64,000 nt of DNA, taken from Pseudomonadota bacterium. Lineage in GTDB: Bacteria > Desulfobacterota > Desulfovibrionia > Desulfovibrionales > Desulfovibrionaceae. The notes below the pieces were generated by a model. The model saw nothing but the letters and a program-made list of their open reading frames with translations. It was not told where the DNA came from and did not search any database. Location of the stretch: assembly GCA_044433065.1 (NCBI GenBank), contig JAWXUA010000001.1, forward strand, positions 1,685-65,684. Reading direction: 5' to 3'. The position numbers and the translations under genes were made by a program. This document shows, one piece after another, positions 47,099 through 55,462 of this stretch (its first letter is position 1; every line of letters begins with the position of its first letter).

Positions 47099-49634
47099 AC
47101 CACTTACCGCGTAAAGTCTCCATTACTCCGAAGCGCTCGAGAACTGAAGTACCAAGATTTAAGACCTCTAGAGCTGGTAAAAGTTGTTGCATTCCATAGT
47201 TAAAACTCGCCATACCCGTTTCAGAAACATAGATAACATCATTGTTTTTCAGCACAAAATTGTGCGAACCATCACCTTCTTCAAGCATTTGTTTAAGGTT
47301 AACGCGACGAATGCGCCGTGTCCCATTGTCGAAACGAATAACAAATGTTTGCTCTAAGTCCGCAGACTTGGTTGGGCCACCTGAAAACATAAGTGCGTCA
47401 AGATAACTTATTTCTGACTTTAATTGGAGGGCTCCAGGCACCATGACCTCGCCCATGACATAGACAAGTTCATTATCACTTTCAGGAATAAATATAATAT
47501 CATTGTTATAGATGCGAGCATTTAATGCCATATTACCGTTTTCTAATAGGTCGCGCAGATCTATCCAGAGAATTTGATTTTTGCCTCGGATGATGGCGCA
47601 CTTGGTTAGAAATGACTTTTCGCTTTGAATGGGTAAACCGCCAGCACGTGATAAGGCTTCAAGTAAAGTTCCGTGGCCTGAAAATTCGATAAGCCCTGGA
47701 CTCGTGACACGTCCTAGAACAAAAGCTTTGTTATTCTTGTAATTTAAGATACTTAAGCGCACCTCAGGGTTATGATATAAGTATCGAAGGCGTGTCTCAA
47801 TTTCAGTCATAACATCGTCAATTGAGCGGCCAGCAACGTTCACAATCCCAATTCGCATGACTGTTATTTTTCCGTCCGGTGCCACGACGATGTGCGGATC
47901 TGAAAGTTTGGGTCTGTTCCACACTTCAAGGCTTAAGACATCGCCTGCTCCCAATAAGTAGTCGTTTGGAAGGACTTCAGACATGGCTTGCACTGCATCT
48001 TCACTGGAAAAGACTTCATTTTTTCTGGCTTTAGTATGAAATTCAGTGTTGTTATCACTTTGTTGATAGGAATTAGTACTACTTATTGACTGTTTAACTT
48101 CTTTAGAAACTTGGTCTTCATCTATACTTTGTGGTGATATACGAGGTGCACATGATGCTATAGTAAGTAAAAGAAAAGCTAGCAGTGTTAACAGACAGTA
48201 AGTACTTTTTGTAGATTTAATGGACTTAGGTCTAGTGTTGTGAAGAGGTTTTCCTAGTATCCAACCTAAAAGAAAACGTAGCAGTCCTGCACTTTGAGGC
48301 AAAACTACAAGAGAGCAATACAATGCATACGCTCTTGCTTGTTTATACGTAATCTTTCGTGATTTCATTATTTTTTTAATACTAAATAGAAAAGGATACA
48401 ATAAAAGTATCGTACCAAGAGCAGTGCTCAGTATAAATAGTGCTCCGCATAAAAATAAAGATGTATATTCCAAAAGATTAGTAGTATATCCACTACTAAT
48501 GTTTTTTGTAAGAAAAAAATACAAGAATAGCACGAACATGAACAGTGAAAACAAAATACATAATGCGGAACCACAGCCGCGTATTGCAATGCGTAAAAGC
48601 TCTTTTTTCCAAAAAATGTTACTTTCTTGAGTTTTTTTACGTATGAAATTGTTTTGTCTTATTTCATGTCCTTCACTTGTGCTATACGTCAAAGTACTAT
48701 GCGTATTTTTCAAACTATCTTGTATACTATTGGACGTACACTGGCTATTTTTGCGTATATACTTTAATCCAACAGCAGCGTATCCATATCCAGTACGGTA
48801 AGAACGCTTTATTAGTTTAGTTAAAATTGTGGTATATAAAGTATATTTTACTAGTAGTGAACGTTTATGATTATTGTTTGCTACAGTGCTCATTTCATTA
48901 TTGCAGTCTGAAGGCAGAGCATAGCCTAAGTCATGATACGTCATATTTATGTGTTCATACCAAATTGCATAACCGTTCAAGCCAAAACGTAAGGCTAGTT
49001 CTGGGTCCTCGCCAGCAATCAATGAGGGATCATAGCCACCTGTGATTTCTAAAGCCGTCCGCCGTACAAGTACATCCCCACCAAAAGACAATGTAAAGCG
49101 ACTTTGACTTATGCAATCTTGTGTTTTTTTTATTTTTTCATCATGAGTACGAGTGCTATACGACTTTGAGTAATGCTGATGGACGATGAAATAGTCTGTT
49201 GATTTTTTTTGAAAAGGAGGATTCCATTCTATATTCCCAATAAAATTTACAATAGATTTGTCAGGATACAGCTCTTGGCGCTGCCCAAATACTGCGCCAA
49301 GATAATTATTATAGTTAGAGTTTAGTATATTGAGCGCATTTTGTATAAAATATGGAGATACTATAGTATCACCGTCAATAAAAAAGACATACTCAGATGT
49401 ACCGTGTCTCCATCCTGCATTCCTTTGTGCACCAGGTGATGGATGTTCATCATTAAGCTGTATTATATGAATATTAGTAAATGTTTGTGCAAGTTCAACA
49501 CTTCTATCTGTTGAGCCTCCATCAACGTAAATAATATTTTGAATGAATTTTCCTCTACTAAACAAAATGCTCTGCACACATTGAACTAGAGTTGCTTCGC
49601 ATTGTAATCCAATAATAACGATATCAATTTTCAT
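47067..49634 (-). CDS. Single ORF fusing an N-terminal GT2 glycosyltransferase, TM segments and a C-terminal Wza-like export module (Poly_export + SLBB)
   Basis: GT2 part: IDIVIIGLQCE, YVDGGSTDRS, FFIDGDTIV and GEDPEL. The hydrophobic segments end in KSIKSTKSTYCLLTLLAFLLLTIASC. Export part: DYLLGAGDVLSLEVWNRPKLS...DGKITVMRIGIVNVAGRS plus two SLBB-like repeats. No stop or canonical start separates the parts. Confidence 0.7.
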   Translation of the reverse strand: MKIDIVIIGLQCEATLVQCVQSILFSRGKFIQNIIYVDGGSTDRSVELAQTFTNIHIIQLNDEHPSPGAQRNAGWRHGTSEYVFFIDGDTIVSPYFIQNALNILNSNYNNYLGAVFGQRQELYPDKSIVNFIGNIEWNPPFQKKSTDYFIVHQHYSKSYSTRTHDEKIKKTQDCISQSRFTLSFGGDVLVRRTALEITGGYDPSLIAGEDPELALRFGLNGYAIWYEHINMTYHDLGYALPSDCNNEMSTVANNNHKRSLLVKYTLYTTILTKLIKRSYRTGYGYAAVGLKYIRKNSQCTSNSIQDSLKNTHSTLTYSTSEGHEIRQNNFIRKKTQESNIFWKKELLRIAIRGCGSALCILFSLFMFVLFLYFFLTKNISSGYTTNLLEYTSLFLCGALFILSTALGTILLLYPFLFSIKKIMKSRKITYKQARAYALYCSLVVLPQSAGLLRFLLGWILGKPLHNTRPKSIKSTKSTYCLLTLLAFLLLTIASCAPRISPQSIDEDQVSKEVKQSISSTNSYQQSDNNTEFHTKARKNEVFSSEDAVQAMSEVLPNDYLLGAGDVLSLEVWNRPKLSDPHIVVAPDGKITVMRIGIVNVAGRSIDDVMTEIETRLRYLYHNPEVRLSILNYKNNKAFVLGRVTSPGLIEFSGHGTLLEALSRAGGLPIQSEKSFLTKCAIIRGKNQILWIDLRDLLENGNMALNARIYNNDIIFIPESDNELVYVMGEVMVPGALQLKSEISYLDALMFSGGPTKSADLEQTFVIRFDNGTRRIRRVNLKQMLEEGDGSHNFVLKNNDVIYVSETGMASFNYGMQQLLPALEVLNLGTSVLERFGVMETLRGKWYGTEGFVDGD

Positions 49635-49643
49635 AGTATATCC

Positions 49644-50147
49644 TTACAAAGTAGTTTTTATTACCTTTGCAGGAACTCCAACTGCAATACAATTACTTGG
49701 AAGATTATGCAAAACAACTGCATTAGCTCCTATTTTTACATTATCACCTATAGTAATTGCGCCCAGAACTTTAGCTCCACTCCCTATATCAACATTATTC
49801 CCAAAATGTGGCGCTATGGGGTCTTCGATATTTTTGAGCCCAACTGTAACACCATTGCGCACCACGCAGTTATCACCAAAGACTGCATAGCCACTAATGA
49901 TAATACCTCCAAAATGGTCAATCCGAAAATTTTCACCTACTATGGCTTCGCAAGGGAGTTCTACGCCTGTCACTATCTGTGTGAATTTATAAAGAATTTT
50001 ATAGAGCAAAGAAAAAAACATGCGTAGTGGACGCCATGAAATACCATAGCGCCATCGTCCAAAACGATACGTAACCATAACCCAAAAACCTTGTGATCCT
50101 ATATCCTTATTATGAGTTGTAAAATCTTTACGTATATTTTTAAACAT
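49644..50147 (-). CDS. Hexapeptide-repeat O-acetyltransferase (serine acetyltransferase/WcaB-like)
   Basis: Motifs GVELPCEAIVGENFRIDHFGGIIISG...VGLKN...PHFGNNVDIGSGAKVLGAITIGDNVKIGANAVV. Confidence 0.85.
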   Translation of the reverse strand: MFKNIRKDFTTHNKDIGSQGFWVMVTYRFGRWRYGISWRPLRMFFSLLYKILYKFTQIVTGVELPCEAIVGENFRIDHFGGIIISGYAVFGDNCVVRNGVTVGLKNIEDPIAPHFGNNVDIGSGAKVLGAITIGDNVKIGANAVVLHNLPSNCIAVGVPAKVIKTTL

Positions 50148-50195
50148 TTTTACCTCATAAACGTTTTATGATTTAAAATATCACGCAACTAAGCT

Positions 50196-51416
50196 TTATT
50201 TCCACGGTATTGCAGGTGAAACGCGTCCACAATTTGTATTTCGTAGTGCTTGAAAAAGAAAAAGTATTTTTTGTTGTGAATCATATTGCTTACTTTGCGA
50301 TAAATATACTCTATTTTGTATGCTTGCTGCATCAACATAACGGCTATTTATTAGTAAAGAATATATCTTTGACTTACTATAGTGATACAAAATACGTGAT
50401 GCATGTCGTGAACTTTCAATAAAAACATTTATAAGTACTCCAACAAATCCAGAGTATTTGTAAATATAAAGATTTTCACTCTGCATACGCCATAAAGTAA
50501 GCTGTACTCCTGAAGTATCAATATAATGTGAGTCTTTGTTGTTTCTAGATGTACTATCACTATGAAATTTTCTTTCTTTACTATTGCCACTATTATGTTT
50601 TATTATGTCTTTTTTTAACTCTTGTGTATGGGCTACTGCACTGGCACCACCTATATGTGTCACTTTTATACTTGGGACGAACCATACTTGCCATCCGCGT
50701 TGTTGTAGTTTTCTACACATATCTGTTTCCTCATAATACATGAAAAATCTTTCATCAAAGATTTCATTCTGTCTAAAAGCCACACGCCGAACGAGGGTAA
50801 ATGTTCCTGGTATCCAGTCTACTACCCGAGCCACAGATAGCTTTGCAGATAAGCTCAATGGTGATACATCTCGTTCTTTAATGACTTCTAGCTTGTGTTT
50901 GTCTTTTTTTCCTATTATTTTAATAAGATAATCATATAGTGAAAGAACTCTGTTAAGCCCCCACATATCGTAAAACTTTCGCCATAATGTAGGAAATTTT
51001 CTAGCTGATGGTGCTACACTACCGTCTTCATTGAGTAACAGAGCTCCGGTGGCAGCAGCGCTTGGTGTTTTTATCATGAACTGAATGGTATTATATAAAC
51101 TATCTCTATGTATAAAAGCATCTGGATTGAGTAAAATATAAAAATCACCTTGACATTGAGAATAAATAATATTGTGAGCTCGAGCAAATCCATGGTTAAA
51201 TTCAAGACTGTAGCATTGTATATGTGGAAATTTTTCACGAACCATGTCAATCGAGTTATCACTCGATGCATTATCTATAATATGAATTGTAAATGTAGCA
51301 GGAATTTTTATCTTAGCTTCAGTGATAGATAATTCTACAGCTATGAGACATTGCTCTAGAATATCACATGTATTATAGCTTACAATACCAATATCAACTT
51401 GCATATGCATCTCCAA
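50196..51416 (-). CDS. Family 2 glycosyltransferase (rhamnosyltransferase-like)
   Basis: Motifs IGIVSYNTCDILEQCL, IIDNASSDNS, LLNPDAF and YYEETDMC. Confidence 0.85.
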   Translation of the reverse strand: MEMHMQVDIGIVSYNTCDILEQCLIAVELSITEAKIKIPATFTIHIIDNASSDNSIDMVREKFPHIQCYSLEFNHGFARAHNIIYSQCQGDFYILLNPDAFIHRDSLYNTIQFMIKTPSAAATGALLLNEDGSVAPSARKFPTLWRKFYDMWGLNRVLSLYDYLIKIIGKKDKHKLEVIKERDVSPLSLSAKLSVARVVDWIPGTFTLVRRVAFRQNEIFDERFFMYYEETDMCRKLQQRGWQVWFVPSIKVTHIGGASAVAHTQELKKDIIKHNSGNSKERKFHSDSTSRNNKDSHYIDTSGVQLTLWRMQSENLYIYKYSGFVGVLINVFIESSRHASRILYHYSKSKIYSLLINSRYVDAASIQNRVYLSQSKQYDSQQKILFLFQALRNTNCGRVSPAIPWK

Positions 51417-51439
51417 TTAACGTCTGTATATTTGTTGAA

Positions 51440-52864
51440 TTATTTTTCAATTGCATCATGCAAGCTTGCGTAAGCACCTGTACACCACAATAAAAAAACC
51501 ATAGAACGTCTAAGATGAATGAGCTTAAACGTTTTTTTACATGTTGTACTATGTGTATCCAACTTTTTATCCCTTTCTTGGTCCTTTTTTATTGAGAAAA
51601 ACAGACGAATAAAAATAGCTAAAGTAGATAGTTCAATATACACTGATTTTTGCATATCAAAAATAATGTATAGTGAGTCTTTCTCGTTCAAAATTTTTTT
51701 TAAATAATATTCTACTTTATCTTCTATGTAATGAATAGAATTTTCTGAAACTATTGTAGGCATTGTAAAAGTAATTTTTATACATCTATCATTATTGATA
51801 TTTTCAATGATAGATGTAATATTATCATTAGTTTCAGATAATTTTATGTTTTTATTATTTTTAGTACAGTTACTATTCATTCTTTTTAAAACTATGATGC
51901 GATGGTGTAGAGTATAGGCAAATAAAAAAGATAATGCATGTCCCAATATTAGAGGAAATCCTAAACTCACAAGCTTAACAAAGTTACTACTGTATCGTTT
52001 TAACAAACGCTTTGGATCATGTGCCATGCGCCACATCCATTCAAAGCCTATATTTTGCATCCATTTCGGTGCTCTAGGTGTTTTGTTCGCTAAAAAATCT
52101 AGTGCTCCACCAACACCGATTGTGACCGGCACTTTTATTTCATTTCGATGTTGCGCGAACCAAAATTCTTGTTTTGGGTTGCCTAAAGCTAAAAAAAGTA
52201 TATCTGCATTTGAAGTATTAATTCTCTGTATAATTTGAGCATTGTCATCATACGTATTATGAGTCATATCATCTTTTTTATCAAATTTTATTTCTTTTAT
52301 AGCAGGTGAATGTATTCCAACAACATCTATATTTGAATATTTTTTTCGTAAATTTACAACAGCTTCTTGTGCAACATACTTTTCTCCACCTAAAAAATAA
52401 AGTTTAAGACTCTTTTTATTTAATAAAGTTACATGCGAAAGAGTCTTTTTTTCATATATATTATTTGTTTGTTGCCGTAGATATGCCGAAAGTCTTGCTA
52501 GTGCAGGCACCAAATCTGCCCCTGTAACACGCTGTGGAAGCGGTGTGCCTAAAAAAGTAGACATAAGGACCAGCGGCATACCGTCAGCAACTACAATATC
52601 AGCGCTACACAAAATATCTAAAAGATGTTTTTGTTCTTCACTCTCTTGTTTACTTGGAAAGAAACTAAAGCACTTACTAATGAAGTCCATATTTACTGTA
52701 ACAATGTGTCGTGCAACGTTATCTTTTTTATATTCGTTGCATATATCAATAATTTTATTACAAATATTGCTATCATCGGTATAGTTTTGATTTAGTGTTG
52801 TATAGTCAAATGGTATTCCAAAAAGACATGTATAGGGAAAATCTTTCTTGAGTTCGTTTTTCAT
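51440..52864 (-). CDS. WecG/TagA/CpsF-family (GT26) glycosyltransferase with a TM segment and a C-terminal extension of about 150 aa resembling a STAS domain
   Basis: GT26 motifs LGNPKQEFW and GVGGALDFLANKTPRAPKWMQNIGFEWMWRMAHDPKRL. The C-terminus reads ITFTMPTIVSENSIHYIEDKVEYYL...LYIIFDMQKSVYIELSTLAIFIRLF...FKLIHL. ATG at 52864 has AAGGTGAG upstream. The ORF-track GTG at 52885 is less likely. Confidence 0.75.
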   Translation of the reverse strand: MKNELKKDFPYTCLFGIPFDYTTLNQNYTDDSNICNKIIDICNEYKKDNVARHIVTVNMDFISKCFSFFPSKQESEEQKHLLDILCSADIVVADGMPLVLMSTFLGTPLPQRVTGADLVPALARLSAYLRQQTNNIYEKKTLSHVTLLNKKSLKLYFLGGEKYVAQEAVVNLRKKYSNIDVVGIHSPAIKEIKFDKKDDMTHNTYDDNAQIIQRINTSNADILFLALGNPKQEFWFAQHRNEIKVPVTIGVGGALDFLANKTPRAPKWMQNIGFEWMWRMAHDPKRLLKRYSSNFVKLVSLGFPLILGHALSFLFAYTLHHRIIVLKRMNSNCTKNNKNIKLSETNDNITSIIENINNDRCIKITFTMPTIVSENSIHYIEDKVEYYLKKILNEKDSLYIIFDMQKSVYIELSTLAIFIRLFFSIKKDQERDKKLDTHSTTCKKTFKLIHLRRSMVFLLWCTGAYASLHDAIEK

Positions 52865-52871
52865 TGTAATC

Positions 52872-54110
52872 TCACCTTTTTTCACGTTTTGAAGGTTGCC
52901 ATACTGTTGTTTTTCTTCCTATTTTAGTAAGATACAACCAAAATTTCCATACTATATAAATAGGTGAACAAAGTAAGCCTAAATATAGACGTAGAGGTGC
53001 TTTTGTCTGAACTAGTGAACTAAAAATATATGCTGTTGTAATCAACAAGAATGAACATGATGCTATAGTTAGATATGGCGCAAGCAAGTATGTTACAATA
53101 ATAGTTACACATTGTAACCCTACAAAAATTGATAGTGGTGGAATTATACAATTCATTATGCCATCAAAACTAAGCAATGATGGCTTGCGAAAAAACGATA
53201 TAAAGAACTTTGGTAACCATTTTTTTACCATGAGCCAATGCCCATTCTCCCATCTAGCACGTTGTTCTGATGCATCCTTATACGTATGTGTCATTGTTCC
53301 ATAGACGACAGTCTCAGGAACATAGGAAACAACTATATCATCGCACGCCAGTATTGCAGAAAATTCAGCATCTTCTGCAATACTATGTGCTGGCCAGCCA
53401 TACGTATCTAGTATGCTAGATCTAAACATCATACCATTTCCTTTTAATCCAGCAGTTCCACCTAAAAACATGCGTCCAGACGCTCTTGTATGATGCAAGG
53501 CACGCAGAGCAACACTTAATAATATTGTTCTCCAATGCTCGATTGGTGGTAAAACATCATAAAACGACTGCACGACAAGGATATTTTTACACGAAAACAT
53601 ATTGATCATTGTTTCAATAAAGTTTTCAGCAACAATAGTATCTGCATCAATAATGGCAATATAGTCACTTGCTATAACCATATCTTTATATGAATGCATA
53701 AACCAGTCTAATGTTTTACCTTTACCTTGCAATGCTCCTTGATACGTGCGTTTAACAACACAAGCACCTTTACTTCTTGCAATGCTAACTGTACCGTCTG
53801 TACAATTATCTCCTATTACAACAATATCTGTTGTGTATATCTCCTTATCTACTAAACACTTTGAATCTATTACGGATTTAATAGTTTTTTCTATGATTTT
53901 TTCTTCATTATGTGCTGGAATAAGTATCATGATATTCTTTTTACTACTATAATCATGACTATTATGTTCCATCTTCATATTTGATTTCTTTTTACGTAAC
54001 TGTTGTATCCACGAAGCGATGACTATAATTAACAAATAGATTGACATAAAACATACTACTAAAAACAATATGTATGCTACTAATTTTATTATATACATAG
54101 AGTAATTCAT
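52872..54110 (-). CDS. Membrane-embedded GT2 of the processive synthase type
   Basis: An N-terminal TM is followed by ILIPAHNEE, DNCTDGT, IDADTIV, IAEDAEFS and EQRARWENG (a Q-x-x-R-W motif), then 3-4 C-terminal TM segments. Confidence 0.75.
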   Translation of the reverse strand: MNYSMYIIKLVAYILFLVVCFMSIYLLIIVIASWIQQLRKKKSNMKMEHNSHDYSSKKNIMILIPAHNEEKIIEKTIKSVIDSKCLVDKEIYTTDIVVIGDNCTDGTVSIARSKGACVVKRTYQGALQGKGKTLDWFMHSYKDMVIASDYIAIIDADTIVAENFIETMINMFSCKNILVVQSFYDVLPPIEHWRTILLSVALRALHHTRASGRMFLGGTAGLKGNGMMFRSSILDTYGWPAHSIAEDAEFSAILACDDIVVSYVPETVVYGTMTHTYKDASEQRARWENGHWLMVKKWLPKFFISFFRKPSLLSFDGIMNCIIPPLSIFVGLQCVTIIVTYLLAPYLTIASCSFLLITTAYIFSSLVQTKAPLRLYLGLLCSPIYIVWKFWLYLTKIGRKTTVWQPSKREKR

Positions 54111-54222
54111 CCTTTTTTATTTTCTCTATAATGTTGCTATAGAAATCATAAGTATTTTTTGTACTATTTACGAAAGATATACTGTCTAAACATTTACTTG
54201 GTATTTTGCTTGATTTACAGCT

Positions 54223-54269
54223 CATTGCTTTTGTGTTAATTATCTTGCATCATTGCTTTTGTGTTAATT
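54223..54269. repeat. 19-bp direct repeat with 28-bp periodicity in the divergent island/kpsF intergenic region
   Basis: cattgcttttgtgttaatt occurs at 54223-54241 and again at 54251-54269. Confidence 0.9.
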
Positions 54270-54347
54270 TCTTAAAGTACTGCTTGAACTCTTCATATGT
54301 ACCTTGACTGTATACTGAATAAAACCTTTACTATCAGGCGCTTAAGA

Positions 54348-55331
54348 ATGACTTTATCTAAAGAAATAGATTTTGAACGAACACAAGAAATCATTTCCAT
54401 GGGCAAAGAGGTTCTCCACCTTGAAGCGGACACCATCACCAATCTTGCGGATAATCTTAGCCCAGTCTTTGCCCAAAGCGTTGAGCTTTTACTTAGCAAT
54501 ACTGGCCGTGTTGCCATTACCGGCATGGGCAAAAGCGGACACATTGCTCGCAAAATAGCTGCCACGCTAGCCTCCACGGGAACCCCTGCCTTTTTTATTC
54601 ATCCTGCTGAAGCAAGCCATGGCGACCTTGGCATGATGACGACTGGAGACGTTCTCATCGCCATATCAAATTCTGGTAACACTTTGGAATTATCAGATAT
54701 TTTACACTTTGCTACGCGGTACGGTATTCGCATCATCGCGATTACTCGTAGCAAAGAAAGTAAACTCGGTGCGCTTGCGGATCTATGCCTTGAGCTTCCG
54801 CATACCCACGAGGCATGTCCTCTTGGCTGTGCCCCCACAAGTAGCACTACTGCCACTCTGGCCCTTGGCGACGCCATAGCCATGGCCCTGTTGCGCTTGC
54901 GAGGTTTTACTGCCCAAGAGTTCAATATCTATCACCCAGGTGGCGCATTAGGGAATAAGCTGATGACTGTGGGCGACGTTATGCGTGTGGGCGAAGCTCT
55001 GCCTCTCGTTCATGAAAACATGATGATGCACGAAGTTATTTACGTCATGACAGGCAAAGGTTTTGGCTGTGCAGGCGTACTCAACGATACAGGGAAACTT
55101 ATTGGCATCATCACTGATGGCGATTTGCGCAGACATATGAGTACTGAACTTATGAGTAAAACTGCACACACAGTCATGACGCCACAGCCACTAGTTGTGA
55201 TGCAAGATTGCCTCACAAGCAAAGCACGGCATATTATGGAACAGAAAAAAATAACGTCACTTTTTGTTGTCCGTGATTTTAATGACTTAGAACCTATTGG
55301 TGTTGTCACAATCCATACATTACGTGGTTAA
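54348..55331 (+). CDS. kpsF: Arabinose-5-phosphate isomerase (KpsF/GutQ family; SIS + 2 CBS domains)
   Basis: Motifs GMGKSGHIARKIAATLASTGTPAFF and ISNSGNT, plus a C-terminal CBS pair. ATG at 54348 is preferred over the ORF-track start at 54297. Confidence 0.9.
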   Translation: MTLSKEIDFERTQEIISMGKEVLHLEADTITNLADNLSPVFAQSVELLLSNTGRVAITGMGKSGHIARKIAATLASTGTPAFFIHPAEASHGDLGMMTTGDVLIAISNSGNTLELSDILHFATRYGIRIIAITRSKESKLGALADLCLELPHTHEACPLGCAPTSSTTATLALGDAIAMALLRLRGFTAQEFNIYHPGGALGNKLMTVGDVMRVGEALPLVHENMMMHEVIYVMTGKGFGCAGVLNDTGKLIGIITDGDLRRHMSTELMSKTAHTVMTPQPLVVMQDCLTSKARHIMEQKKITSLFVVRDFNDLEPIGVVTIHTLRG

Positions 55332-55357
55332 GAAGACAATCAAATATACAATAAAAA

Positions 55358-55386
55358 AGACTACCATAAAGAGGTAGTCTTTTTTA
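55358..55386 (+). terminator. Rho-independent terminator
   Basis: agactacc / ggtagtct stem followed by T5. Confidence 0.7.
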
Positions 55387-55462
55387 TTGTATACTATTTA
55401 TATCAAATTTTGTATCTCAGAAAGCTTACACCACTATCATAGACATTCTTTTTCCTTTCTCT

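Larger units (their letters stand above)
32784..54296. other. AT-rich polysaccharide (EPS, capsule or O-antigen type) biosynthesis and export island
   Basis: Base composition drops abruptly, as judged by eye. The interval holds 15 contiguous glycan-assembly genes, 13 of them in one tightly packed minus-strand array. There is no integrase, transposase or flanking tRNA. Confidence 0.75.

Noticed and set aside
54111-54296. JUMPStart/ops (GGCGGTAG) antitermination element upstream of the polysaccharide operon.
   Set aside because: I read the region on both strands and found no GGCGGTAG or its complement. Only the 19-bp direct repeat stands out.
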